NCBI GenBank assembly: GCA_033442325.1
Contig: JAWQFM010000004.1
Span: forward strand, 882,264 to 946,263
DNA: 64,000 nt
Source: Salpingoeca rosetta
Lineage: Eukaryota > Protista > Choanoflagellata
Direction of reading: 5' to 3'
This document shows positions 13,511 to 26,816 of the stretch, piece after piece; within the stretch, counting starts at the first letter, position 1, and each line of letters starts with the position of its first letter. The translations under genes and the position numbers were made by a program. Under the pieces are notes generated by a model that did no database searches, was not told the DNA's origin, and worked only from the letters and a program-made list of their open reading frames with translations.

Positions 13511-16500
13511 CAGACGCGCAAGGTCACACAGACACATAGACACACAGGGACAAACACACAAACACACACACAAACAAACACACACAGGCAAAGTGTACAG
13601 CTCACGCGCTCAAACAAGTCGCTGGTACAGAGCGTACACACACAACCGCACTCACGCACTCTGAATCTCAGGTGTATGACCCGCGACGCAAAACTGCACG
13701 CGCCCGTCGCTAAGCTCCCGCTCCACGTGTTGCACGTGGTGCTTGTCGCACGCCGCCTTGATCACCGACAGATCCAGGCTGCGCGGCATGTTGAGCGTGT
13801 ACGTCTGCACGTGTGCACGCACATGGCGTTGCGTCCACGCCTTGCACTGCTCCAGCACATGCTCCATGCCGCGGAAGACGCACAGCAGCTTCTCGGGCCC
13901 CGACGGGCCGTCCTCCACGATCGTGCCAAAGTGCAGCGGCACAGACGAGGACGTCGTGGGATGGGCGGTGCCGGCCTGCGTGCTCGCATCAGCATCGCCC
14001 CCGGTCATGGCGTAGTTGGAGTCCTCCTGCACGTCGCAGGCAAGCACGTGCGTCACAGAGTCCTGCAGGTCGTTCACGTGCATGCCCACGTGCTCCTTCC
14101 TGGGGCTCACGTACACCCAGTGGTCCTGGAAGTCCACCGTGAAGTAGCGGTCAACCAGCTTGCCGGGGGTGTTGGTCGTGTACTGGATCTTGAACTTGAA
14201 GAAGCGCGCCGACTTCCACGCCTTGCGGTTCTTGTACTCCAGCCACCGCTGCAGGACATCTGGATCAACCGTCCGGCGCATGTTGCGCTCGTCCTCCGCA
14301 GCCGCAGTTGCACGGGCGTCGGCGACCACGCGGGCGGCCTCCTCCTCACTCATCTTGAAGTGCTCCTTGTGCAGGTACTTGTCGGGGAAGCAACCGCACG
14401 GCTTTGTCATCACATTGGGCATCTCGCGCGCATGCTCCACAGCAACGCCGCCAGCAGCGACACCCTTGTGTTTACCGACGCTGCCGCGCTGGCCATCACT
14501 GCCATCATCGCCATCACCACCATTACCAGCATCATCATCATCATCATCGTCGTCGTTGTCAGCAGTGCTGCGCTTGCGCTTGGCAGCGATGGCAGCCCGG
14601 TACTTGTTGAAGGCGTTTTCAATCAGCAGCGTCGCGTCGTGCGTAAACCCGTTCCAGGCGGCCTTGTTGTCCAGCTCCGCCTTGGAGGGCGGCTCCGTGT
14701 ACGTGGGGCCCGTGTACAGCCACGTGTGGATGGGGTCAGGCGTCTCATCGGCCGGCGCATCGAGGGCGCTGCGCTGCAGGTCCTCATACAGCCCGCTGCC
14801 CACCTTCTCACCATAGTACTTCTCAAACGTCTGCTTAAACGCCGACAGCGTGCTCACGTCCTCGGTGATGATGGTCACGCGGATGGTGTCGAAGAACGTA
14901 CCGTCGCGGTCCACCTCGTCAATCACCTCAAACAGCGCGCGTGCAGACGCGTATGGGGAGCAGCGGAAAGCGCCGCACCCGAGCGCGCACGTGGCGAGCG
15001 AGCGGATGTTGTTGTCCCGCGCCGTCGTCAGCAGCGCGCGGTACGCCGTCTTCAGGTCCGCAGCCGTCTGCGTCACCGTGCTGCCAAACTCGGGCGCAAA
15101 ATTTGGCGCAACCATGTGCAGCACGTGCTCAATGTTGGACGAGAGGGCCAGCGCGCCGGACGTGGTCACGCGCGCCTCGTTGCACCGCAGGGGGCCGCTC
15201 CTCTCCAACGAGTCCTTGCAGGCAGCATCAAACTCCGTGCCAGCGGCCTGCGAGATGGCAAACGCCACGCCGCCGTCGTTCATCAGGTCCGGGTTGGCCG
15301 AGTTGACAATGGCGTTCATGTCACGGTCGTTGATGATGCTTCCCTCGCGAATCTCCACGCGCAGCGTGCCGGCCTTCCTGCGCACGCGTCGCCGCACGTT
15401 GCGCGCACGCGGCACCTGTGCCTCCTTCAGCAGGCGCACAATTACGCCGAGCGACTCCGCATACAGTTGCACCGCGGGCAGCGTCTCGCTGATGGTGTGG
15501 TACTGGTATGGCTCCACCTCCCACACGGCCTGCTTCACCTTGGCCGGGAACAGCCTCTCGCACGTGGTCAGCAGCACCTCGGACGCCGCCGCCATCTCCT
15601 TGCGTGGGCCTTCAAGCACCAGCTTCTTTGGCCTTTGGTGCGCCGGCACTGAGGTCGACAGGCTGTCGCCCCGGCCAGAGTCGTACGTGCCCTGCGCTCG
15701 TTGTTGTGATGTCTCTCCTGCGTGTGCTGCCTGCTCAAAAGAGCCAGTGCCAGCAGAGTTTGCCGAAGCAGCGCCCGTGCTTGCGGTACGACCGGCATCA
15801 GCGCAAACGCCATCTTGCTCATCATCGTCGTCGTCGTCTTCGACGTCCACCAGCTTGAGCTTGGTGTTGCTGCAGTGCTTGTTGGCGGCGAGCGCCGTGT
15901 TGACCTCGTCCATGGCTGCGCGCGCCATCACTGCCAGGTCAGAGGCGTCCAGCTCCTTGAGGGACAAATGCGGCAGCGCAAGCTTCGTCAACCGCTCCAC
16001 CATGTCCGAGCCAACCGTGTGCTGCACAATGGCGTGCTCCTGCAGGTTCTCAATTGCCTGCTTGCAATCGTCGGCCTCGCGCGCACGCAGCGACTGCACC
16101 AGCACGCAGCGCGCCTTGTCCTTGTCAAACAGGGCGGTGTTGTCTGTCTCCAGGACGCCCGTGAGCGGGTGGTTGCTGCGCAGCCGCTCCAGCTCGCTGT
16201 CCAGCAGATCTTTGGCCACGGACATGGGCACCTGGCACACGTACCGCGTGGGCCGGATGTGGGCGATGGTGCGGAACGTCGACTCCATCGTCGGGATGAC
16301 CGTTTGCATCACATCGCGCCGGCCAGCCACCATCCACACGTTGCGCTCAGTGGGCGTGCCAATCACGTCCTGTGGTGCAACGTAGCTCACCACGCGATCC
16401 TTGCTGCGGCACAGCGTGCGGCTGGCCTTGGTCAGGTCGTTGAACAGCTTGCGCTTCAGGGAGGTGACGTCCGCCTCGGACATCTCCGGCACGTGCGACG

Positions 16501-19108
16501 TGTCAATGACCGGCAGCCCGAGCACGTGGCACAGGTACTCCTTGAGCGTGTCCTGCACCGCATTGTCAAACGCCGTCAGCTGCCGCTGCATGCCCTCCAC
16601 GGTCACGGGCACGCTTGAGGCGCACGCGTCCCTGTCCTCCGCGCTGGGCTTGCGCACATACACGCGGAACTTGCGGGCCAGCTCAAGCAGCTGCGAGTCC
16701 AGGAAGCGGTATTGCATGCCCGTCACGCTGATCGTCGTCTGCGACTTGATGTTGGCGCCGACGGTGCTGTTGATATAGCCGAGCCCGCGCTCCCTGTCCT
16801 GGTCCAGGTAGTAGTACAGCGAGTACTCCAGCAGCATGGCGCCCCGCTGCTGCAGCTGGGCGTGCAGCGCGGCGCCGTCCAGGTCGCGCGTGTGTATGAG
16901 CGCCTGCTTCATGTCGTGCGACAGCGCCGTCTCCTTGCACTCCAGCGTGAGCAGGTAGTCCCGCAGCTGCTGCACGTGCTCCGGTGCCCCCACCAGCCAC
17001 AGCCGGGCAGTGGTGAGGCCGCACGGCTGCGCGCCACCCGCGGCCTGATGGTGCACGTGTGTGGCTGCCTGCAGTTTCCCGCCGTCAATGGAGGGCCAGG
17101 GAGCGTTGGCCGGGTCGCCGTGCCCGGGGTGAGTCGGGCGGGCGTGCTTGGCCCTGTTGGCCACGTCGCGCTCGTGGGCGCGGCTGGTCAGCAGCACGTG
17201 CTGCAGCAGCGAGGCCTTGGTCGACGTCACCACCTCCCGCAGCATGTCGAGCGAGCCCGGGATGCACACCTCCTCCATCACGAGGTCGGAGATGGCGCCA
17301 GCGAGCGCATCGCACGATGAGCGAAGCGCGTTTGCATCTGTGCTGCGGAGGATAACGGCCGGCGCAACGGCGTCCAGCTTGTATGTCACGCCAGCCATGA
17401 TGGTGGCCTTCATCGCAGCCACCTCGGCAAAGTGCCGGAACTGGTGCGGGTACATGGCCAACAAGGTGACGCTCGTGTTGGCGCTGCGCTCAATCACAGA
17501 CGCCATGGCATCCGCCACCTGCTTGTCATCGCCAAACCCATACAGCGCCCACAGCGGCTGCGCAACGGCCGTAGGGTCGTCATTATCTGCTGTTGCTGTG
17601 GATGTTGTTGTCGTTGTCGTTGGCGTTGCTGATGTCGCTGTTTGTGATGCGGCGTGCTGGGGTGCCACGGGCGATGCGATGGGTGGGGTGCTGGTGACGG
17701 GCGACGGCCGCACAAACTCGACATCCCGCATAGCCCTGTGTGCCGTGCTGGCGTAGGGCAGCAGGTCAAGCGTCGGGTAGCGCACGAGCTTCAGGCCGTA
17801 GTCGTTCAGGACGTGTTCCATGATCTTGTCGTCGCCCAGCACGCGGTCGCTGCGGGCAAACGGGTGGAAGGCAGGCGCGAGGAAGCTTGCAAGCAGCTTG
17901 GCCTGCGACCACACCAGCACGGCGGTGCTGCTCGTGAAGCAGATGCGGTTATTTGTGGTTGCAGCCGCCAGCACATCAAGGTCCTTGGCCACGCTGCTCT
18001 TGTTGAACGCCTCGACGAGGTCCGACAGGAGGCCGCTCAGCTTGGGGTCGAGCACAGCCACGTGCACGTCGTTCGGGTAGCACAGGCGCGCCACAAACTT
18101 GTGCGAGACAGAGGTGGCAAACTGCCTCCTGCGGACACACGCATGCGCCGCACGCGTGTCTGTTATCTCCAGCACAAACACGCGCTGCAGCGTGGTCTCA
18201 GAGGACGCACTGCTGCTCTTGCTCTTGCTGTCGTCGTTGTCAGCATCGCCTTTCTTGTAATGATGAGGGTCGTGCACAACCGTGGGCTTGGCAGCATTGT
18301 GCGCCTCACTGCGACCTCCACCATCCTGCTGTTGTGCTCCTTGTTCTTGTTGTTGTTCGGCCATGCGCGTGCTGGCAAACGGCTGGATGCGGGACAGCGT
18401 GTCCTTGAGGGACTGTGGGATGGGCACAAGCTTTGCCTTGCCGCCAAAGTTCGTCTCAAACGCCTGCACAATGTCGCGGCCCGTGGTGGGCTTGCTGTGC
18501 GGGGTACAGGTGACGACAATGCGGTGCAGCGGTGCCTGCCGCGCCTCCAGACGACAGGCCCCCGCCGTGTCAATGGGCAGTGGCAGCAGGCTCCGGAACG
18601 CCTCCTCGCTGTCGGCAACCACGTCAACGCTTGCACAGCGCATGTCCAGAAAGACCTGCAGCGACTGGAAGTTGACGCCAGCGCGCTCCAGCGTCGCCTG
18701 CACGCTGCGGTACGTGTCGGTGGGCCAGGGCATGGCGGCAGTCAAGCCCTTGCGGTCACGCTTCCTGGCTGCCTCGCTCAGGTAGAACGTGATGCGCTTT
18801 GCCTGGCCCGCAACAGGCGCCGGCGTGATGGATGTTGGGGACGCAGGGGAGGAGGACGTGGAGTCCTTGCCCTTGCTCTTCCAGTTCTTTGCCTTTGGGT
18901 CTGGGAACACGTTGAGCTTCGTGCCCAGCACCTCCCGCTGGTCGTACAGGCGGACCATCAGCTCCGCGCTCTCCCGCGACACAAACCTGTTGCGAGGGAA
19001 GGGGGGGGGTTGGTTGGTTGGTTGAGGACGTGGTTGAGGGAAGGACACGCGTGTGCACATGCAGGAGCATCTGTGCATGCACGTGCACGCACATACACGC
19101 ACACACAC

Positions 19109-19144
<36 letters not shown>

Positions 19145-20295
19145 CGCCTACCTGAATGTGCCTCTGACGCGGTTGCCGTCCGGCTTGTACGTGTGGGAGT
19201 GAAAGCCACTGTTTGCCTTGGCGAGCGAGGGCAGCACTTCCTCAAGACCTTCGGGCACGGGCTCGACCCACACGGACCACAGCTCGTCCGCCGTCCAAGC
19301 AGGGCAGTCCGGGTCGCGGCGGGCCGTCAGCTGCACCTTCCCAATCGGGAAGTTCGTCATCTCCCTCAGGACGCGCTCGCCGACCTCACGCGTCGCACAG
19401 CTGCACATGTGTGTGTGTGTGTGTGTGAGTTGAGGGTGTATCGGTGTGGGATGTCGAGGGGAATTACACAAGCATGATGAGTACTTGACTGCCGCATCCT
19501 CGCATCATTACCCGACACCACATGCCGTCATTCCCATGGTAACCACCACACGCAACGAACATCTCCTCAACCGGTTACAATCCCACAACTTTACCACATC
19601 ACCACCAACCAGTCAGCAGCACCTCACCTGACGCGGGCAACCTGCCCCTGCTGTTCGTCCAGTGGCGTGATACTGATGACGCCCTGCTGCTTGCCAAGGA
19701 GCACGCGCCCCAGCTCAAGCATGCCCATGTGGTGCACGAGCACATCAAACGGCTCAAGCGCCGCCTCGTAATCCTCTCCTTCACCCTTCTCGTCGCCGTG
19801 TGCCGGAGGTGGTGGTGGTGCTGCTGTTGTGCATGGCTCCGGTTGATGGCCCACTGGCGGCTGCCGGGTGAACGGTTCGTACCGCGGCGCGAGGTCGTGG
19901 TGCTGATATGAGCTCTCGTACGGGTGGCGCTGGAGGGTTGGCGGCAGGGTGGGCTCAGCACGTTGTTGATGCTGGTACGGGTCCTCAGTGTGGGGTGCTG
20001 TCGTCGCTGCTGTTGACTTGGCATACAACGATGATGGGCACTGCTCCGAGTGTGCCTGGTGCGGTTGCGGTGCGCCGCCATGGAATGATGCCGTTGTTGG
20101 TGCTGACGATGCCGGCGTTGGCGGGATGAGCGGCTCAGGCTCAAACGGAGGGCCGCCACCACGCGGCCTGGAACCAGCGAACTCCTGCTGCTGATGATGA
20201 TGGTGCTGATGATGGTGGTGCTGGGATGTTGGTGCGGGTGCAGGAGGGGGCTGGTACTGATGGCGCTGATGCTGGTGGGAGCGCGGCGCATCAAG

Positions 20296-20336
<41 letters not shown>

Positions 20337-21195
20337 TGTGTTGACGAGGAAGAGAGGAAAGCAAGCGGAGAGTGCAGAAAGAGGGGATGCGGTGTAAGAG
20401 CATGAAGGTGCATGACGTCGTCAACACACACGCACACACACACACACACAGTCACAAATGTCACAGTCACATCACACACACACACACACACAAATCGCAC
20501 AGTCACAAAAGTCGCAGTCACATCACACACATACACAAAACGCACGTCAAACTGTGTGCGAATGTCTTCTTCATCCTTGTACGCGCCTGAGCATGTGCAT
20601 CGTTTGGTGCGGTGGATAGTGAAAGAACAAGGGCAACACAGGCATGTGCATGTGCAAGACGGTCCTGATTACGTCACAAAACATACAAATCAATTACAAT
20701 GTCATCGCAAGCCGCACCACCCGTGTCTGCACCGCAGGCTTTGTCTCCTTGCAGCTCACCCTGCTTGGTGTTGGGCTGTGCCTCAATGATACGGTCGCCA
20801 AGGCGAAGCGTGCTCAGCATGCGAATGGCAGCGTCCGCAGACTGCCTGTCAGCAAAGCTCGCATTGGCAAACACAATCGATTCATTGCCAGATGGAAACG
20901 TCACATGCACGCGCCGATAGCCCTCAAGCTCGCGCACGCGCGCCGCAAGCGTGCGCTCATAGCCACGCGGGATGTTCTTGATAAACACGAAAAACGTGTG
21001 TTTCGGATCAAGGTGCTGCTTCAGTTCGGTCTCGGTCCACTGCGGGCAGCGGTTGTGTCGCGTGAGCTCGAGCGTGCGCGTGCCCAGCAGATACGCGGCA
21101 AACTTCTTCAGCGCGTCCTCCGCCAGTGCCTTTGTCGGGAACCTGTGTGTATGTGTGTGTGTGTGTGTTGATGGTGAGTGTGTGTGCGTGTGTAT

Positions 21196-21240
<45 letters not shown>

Positions 21241-22481
21241 GATGGTGAGGGAACAAAGGTGTCTTCACCACACGGAATAAACCTGACCAATTCCAACCAC
21301 GAGCCAAGAGGGTGGATTTGCCAACGCCTGTCCGACCAACAACAACCGCCTTAACAACAAGCTGCAAGCAAGCTTCAACAACTCTGCTCTCCCTCTCCCT
21401 GCCTTCCCGCCTCGCCACCCCTTCTCTCTCTCTCTGTGCCAACATCGCCATCACCACCACCGCACCTGACAGTGGCGAGACAGTAGTCGGCGGTGCTCTT
21501 GATGGACATGCGGTCCACACGCACGGCGCCCGCATCGTACATCATGGACAGAAACTCCTCATAGTTGGACGAGGGAATGTTGCGTGCATGCAAATCGTAC
21601 GTGCCACCACGCGGTGGTTGCGGCTGCTGGTACTGTTGCTGCTGATGTTGCTGGTGCTGCTGTTGTTGTTGCCTGTGTTGGTGATGCAGCAGTGGTGGCT
21701 GATTGTGGGGGTGGTAGGGTGGAAACGCATGCTGTTGCTGTTGCTGTTGCGGAGCTTGTGGTGGCGGCGGTCCCTGTTGCTGTGGAGGAGCAAACTGCAC
21801 GTAATACCCTTGTTGGTGCGGTTGTGGTTGGTAGTAAAAGGGTGGTGCGTTCACACCAGGCTGGGGCTGGGGCTGGGGCGATGCAAATGCGGGTGTGTGT
21901 GGGGACCCCTGCAGCGACTGCTGGTGGTGCTGATGCTGGTGGCGGTGCTGGTAGTGCGCGTGCTGCTGGGGCTGCTGGGGCTGATGATGGTATTCCCCTG
22001 CGTGTGACCATCCCGATGGGCCTGGCGGTCGTCGCTGCTGGTGCTGGTGCTGCTGGCGCTGGTGTGGCGGCCATGATGTTGAGGGCGATGTGTCGGTAGA
22101 GTCATGCGCCTTTTTTTCTTCGCGCACCGTCTGCACGCTCTTCTGGTAAGCGTATGAGCCAAAGCCTGCCTGCTCTCTTGGGTGTTTGGCGTGGGCAGCT
22201 TCTCCTCTATCAACAGCGGACTCCTTCGCATGCTCACTTCCCCTCTCCTGCAACAGCGTCCTGAGCTTTGGCGACGCATGGAAGCCTGTCTTGCGCACGC
22301 GGCTGAGCACCGCATGGGCCTTGAGCGCGGCGGCCTCGGAGCTGAAACCGATGCGCGCCGCGCCATTAGGAAGGAGGTCGAGCGTGTAGTCGACACTTTC
22401 GCTGTCAAGGGAAGTCTTCAGTGCGTCCGCGCTGAGTGTCGATATGATCCACAGCGAACCACCGCTGGACGGGCCACTCAT
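12286..22481 (-). CDS. PARP14-like scaffold: N-terminal domain, Q/P-rich region, several RRMs, long KH-like region, macrodomain, WWE-like domain, two terminal RRMs; no ART domain seen; last exon(s) unresolved (~11.5-12.0 kb)
   Basis: ATG 22481 (MSGPSSGG). RRM exons (VFIKNIP...ANASFADRQSADAAIRML; FVSRESAELMVRLYDQREVLGTKLNV). A 5.3-kb open exon (~13659-18986) carries macro motifs AIVNSANPDLMNDGGVAFAI, HVLHMVAP and ALGCGAF, and WWE-like WLY...WNGFTHDATLLIENAF and YFTVDFQ. Phase-compatible micro-exon GAYKDEEDIRTQFD near 20545-20588. Confidence 0.75.
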
Positions 22482-23246
22482 TCTGGCTTGCTTGACGGGT
22501 TGGGAGGTGTGGGATACACCAAACGTAAACAAACTGGGTTGGCAAAATGTTTGTGTTGGTGCCTTCGGATTCGTTTCAAAGACAAGAAACAACACATACA
22601 CAACGCAAGCGGTTTGCAACTGCACGATGCGATTGGAAGCGAATCGCTAATGGAAAGGTCGTGGTTTCGTGAACCGCGGAGCCAGCCACTCAAGGGTTTA
22701 GCGAATGTCATCCGACAAGCAAGGGTGATGATGGATGAATGTGTGGCGGAACTGTTCTGGAGGTGTGGTGTATGTTGTTGGTGAAGGATGTGGAATGACG
22801 ATGTGCAAGTGTACAGTGTGTGTTTGTTTGTGTTTTGTGAAGAGGAAAATTGGCAATATCATCCGCCCCTGAAGTCAGTGCTCACGTGCCGCCACAGCAT
22901 TCAAACATGCGAGCGAGGGTAGGAGGGTTGCTGTTGTGTCTGGTTATCGTCATGTCTATGAGAGGCTACGGTGGTGTGATGACTACAAGCGCAGCAAGCG
23001 CAGCAAGCGCAGCAAGCGCAGCAAGCGCACAACGCAACAGCAGCTGAATGAATGGCATACATAAATGAACGGTGCAATGCTAGGGAAAAGAAGGCAAGGG
23101 CAACAACGATGAACGCAAGTCAACGGCCAGCCCGAGGGGGCTTGGCCATGGCAACCAGTGCAGGAGAGCAGGAAAGAAGTAACGGGTGCAACGGTTCGGG
23201 AAGGAAAGGCAACAACGGTCAAAAAAAGGCGCTCAAAGTAAGGTTG

Positions 23247-25825
23247 TCATCCACAGCGACAAAGGCGAAGAGAGGGCAGCTCCCACGCGCGTGGCTTGGC
23301 TGTTGGTGGAGTGGGTTCGGGTAGTATCGGGTTGCCTTTGCCAGCACACGCGCGTATGGCTTGTTGTGGTAGAGGGGCACGGCGCCGCTGTGTTGCAAAG
23401 GTTGTTGAGGTTGTCGCTGGTTGTAGCTGGAGCGTGTTGGTTGGCAACTGAGACACGTCACGGTCCGTGCGCTTTGCTGACTGGGCTGCACGTAGCCACA
23501 GAGCAGCAAGAACGTCAGGGTGTAGCTGGTGCTGGTCGTGGTCTTGCTGGTGATGACGCCCTTGTTGGCGGCGGCGCATCCAAGGGTTGCCGTCATCGCC
23601 ATCCTCTGGTCGCAGTGCTTCGTGCAGCGGCCGTTGATGCCACGGTCTTTCAGCAAACGCCTCTGCGTCTTGAACATCATTGCGATCCTCTGGTCGCAGT
23701 GCTTCGTGCAGCGGAAACACGCCATGACGCGCGTGCTCTTGGTCTTGCTGGTGATGACGCCCTTGTTGGCGGCGGCGCATCCCAGGGTTGCCGTCATCGC
23801 CATCTTGTTGCAGCGCTTCGTGCAGCGGCTGCTGATGCCACGGTCTTTGCGCAAACATCTCTTGGAGGTGCTGGCGACGGTGCATCCAAGGGTTGCCGTC
23901 ATCGCCATCTTCTGGTCGCAGTGCTTCGGGTTGCAGCCATTGACGTGGTGGTCTTCCAGCAAACAGGCCATGACGCGCATGCTCTTGGTCTTGCTGGTGA
24001 TGATGCCCTTGTTGACGGTGGCGCATCCAAGGGTTGCCATCATCGCCATCTTCTGGTCGCAGTGCTTCGTGCAGCCGCCGTTGACGTTGCGGTCTTCCAG
24101 CAAACATGCTTGGTGCGCCGTTGTAATATTGTTGTGGGCGCTGGTGGATTTCTTGACGGCGCAGTCCCATGCCCGCAGCAAGCCGGAACATCCCTAACAT
24201 GGAAAGGAGAAGGCGGCGAGTGAGTGCGCCGAACAGGTGGTGAGTGGCAGCGTAGCAAAGGCAGAAGCACACATGAAAACTCGCACACGCACACACCCAC
24301 ACCCACACACATGCACATGCACATGCACACCGACACCCACACACACACACACGCACACGCACGCACCGTGCTGCAGGTCGCGTGCTGCCGCAAACCGGCG
24401 ACTGCCGTCGTGGGCCCGCATGGCGTTGAGCACTGCCATGGCGCCGTCAGCTGCCGCACGTGAAGCGAAGGAGACGTACACCGTGAAAGGCTCACGCACA
24501 CGCCGAAACACTCTGCCGTTGAAGAAATGCACCCAGTGCATCAGAGTGCGACCATGCTCACGCAGGATTCGAACTCTGATGTTGAACGTTCGGGCAGGGT
24601 CTTGGAGCCTGACCCTTTCAATTTCACGCTGTGGGTCCCAAGGAGCGCCGTGCTGCTGTTGGCGCCGAGCCTGCAGGATCGCGATGGAGATGATGGGGCA
24701 GGGACAGCGAGTGAGCGCGAGTGAATCGCATTCGCTTCGCCCAGACGCACAACATGAGCCCACACACACACACACACACAATCGCAGCAAAACAGGAAAC
24801 ACGTTCCAACCGCGAGGAACTTACAACGTGTTCGTCGTGGAGGATTCGGGCGGCCTCCGCCAGTGCACGCGCCCCTGAATAAGTAAGCGTGTGTGTTAGT
24901 GATGGCTGTTGCGTTGACGCTTGCTTGAAGGCACGGATGAAATGGTCAAATGTTCAGGAGCATCTGCGCATAAAATGCATGGAGACAAGCACCCTCTGAC
25001 ACAACGCTCGTCTGTGCATACCTTCTGCACGAGCCACCATGGCCCTGCCTGCGAATGGATGACCGTCGAATTCTCGCACGGCGGCATGAGCAGCCTGGGG
25101 CGTGGGGAAGGCAGCAAGGCCCGTGAAGATGAAGTCGTCATCGATGTCGACAAAGCCGAATGGAACGCCGCCGAGTTCGCGCACTTGTCGCGCAAGCGTG
25201 CGCGGGAAGCCGGGCGCAATGTTGTCGATGAGGACGTAGGTGAGGCGTGCACAGTCGAGCTCGCGCACAAGCTCCTCATCCGTCCACTGCATGCATCTGG
25301 GGTCGCGTGCCGCATAAACGGCTTCGCCAAAGGCTTCAAAGGGGAACTCATGGAGAGCGGCCTGCGCAAGTTCCTTTGTTGGAAACCTTGGTGTGTGGTA
25401 AGCATGTGTGTGGAAAAGGAATGTGTTGCATGTGAGTTGTGTCGGAATACAGAACAACAACGGATGGGAACAGGATGAGAGGAAGGAAGGGCTTCAAACA
25501 AAGCTTGACAAGCGCATGCACAACACAAATGTAAACAAAAGCACACAGCACGCACGCACACACAATTCAGTGCATGTACGCACTTGACTGTGGCGTTGAC
25601 GAGGAAGCCGTGACGGCTTAGTGTGCGCGCGTAGTCAACGCGTGTTGCATCGTGGAAGGTCATCAGCGACCAGCGGAACAAGGGAAAATCCTCGCAAGAA
25701 AGGCCTGCGACGAACAGGTCGTATGTGGGAGGCCCAAAAAGTGGATGGAGAGGTTGTTGCGGGAGAAGTTGTTCCAGGAGATGAAGCCGTGGCATCTCTT
25801 GTCGGATGAGTTCCATCATGTCCAT
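23247..25825 (-). CDS. Three-RRM protein with C-terminal tandem repeats; paralog of the RRM portions of the 12286-22481 gene
   Basis: Exons MDMMEL...ATVK|FPTKELAQAAL...VLIDNIAPG...AAFPTPQAAHAAVREFDG|GARALAEAARILHDEHV|...TFNIRV...VSFASRAAADGAMAVLN|GMFRLAAG. Splice phases are consistent. Confidence 0.7.
23530..24110 (-). repeat. Coding tandem repeat of up to ~40 aa (LHEALRPEDGDDGNPWMRRRQQGRHHQQDQEHARHG)
   Basis: 4-5 imperfect units in the last exon. Confidence 0.8.
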
Positions 25826-26816
25826 GACTGCGGGCGATGACGATGGACAGCCGCTTTGGTTCTTTGTTGGTCACACAACTGGTGTCTGTGGTTTTGCAAA
25901 CACACAAGACGTAGAGTGTCTTGAGTGAGAAGGGTGAAATGCGACGTGGAGAAAATGAGAATGGGTTGTGACAGACCTTGATGACGGCGATATTGGGTGG
26001 TGGTGGTGGTGATTGATTGGTGATGGTCGGTGTGTCTGGCGGTTGGTGATTCTGGCTAAACGATGACGCATGGAGAAGCAGAAGCAAAGCAACCAACCTA
26101 CCCCATCCAAAAAAAAAGAAGCACAACAGAAGGCACTGGCAGTTGGTGTGTGACATGCCCGTGGAAGTGAAGTTGCAGATCGGGTCAATGTTGGAAGTGC
26201 GGCTCGTGCAATTTATGCAGAGGCCGTGACGATCAAATCAGTAGCGCCCAACGGTGGATCGAACTGTTGCGCGAAAAAGTGCATGTTGGGTCATTCTTTC
26301 CACGATTCGGACACATGACAGGCGTTGCGCCTTGTTGCATCACGAGTTGCATCATGGCATGACGCATTTCACACAAAATCTTCCACCATTTATCTGCGTC
26401 CACCCCAAACCTTCGTGTGACTTGGTTGCTGTCGCTGACGGTTGGGTGTCATGACACCCAAACTTGCGACCACCAGCAGACGCAAGAAACCGCAAACTCA
26501 CATCAACGAGCAGACACCATGATGATGTGTGATGACAAACCAACAGCCGAATTCACAGTCAGCAAAGCCACCACACCACTGCCCGCACACCACAGCGCGC
26601 CCACGCACACCCCGCCAAACTGCAAACACAAACAAACAAACAAACAAACAGCAACACCACCATAACCAGCAACGACCATTTACTTTTCGTTCACATGAGC
26701 TCGACCGACTCGCTTCAATGCAAACCCAGCAAGCTCCCCGCTCCCGCCTCCCGCGCCCGCTCCCCACCTTCCCGCGCCCGCTACTCACCTCCCTTCCCCA
26801 GCCCTTTCAACCCAAC

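Noticed and set aside
13457-19477. Long + strand ORFs (731, 511 and 607 aa)
   Set aside because: Antisense shadows of the GC-rich minus-strand exon, with no recognisable motifs.
23530-24110. CRISPR-like array
   Set aside because: There are no unique spacers or cas genes; it is a coding tandem repeat in eukaryotic DNA.
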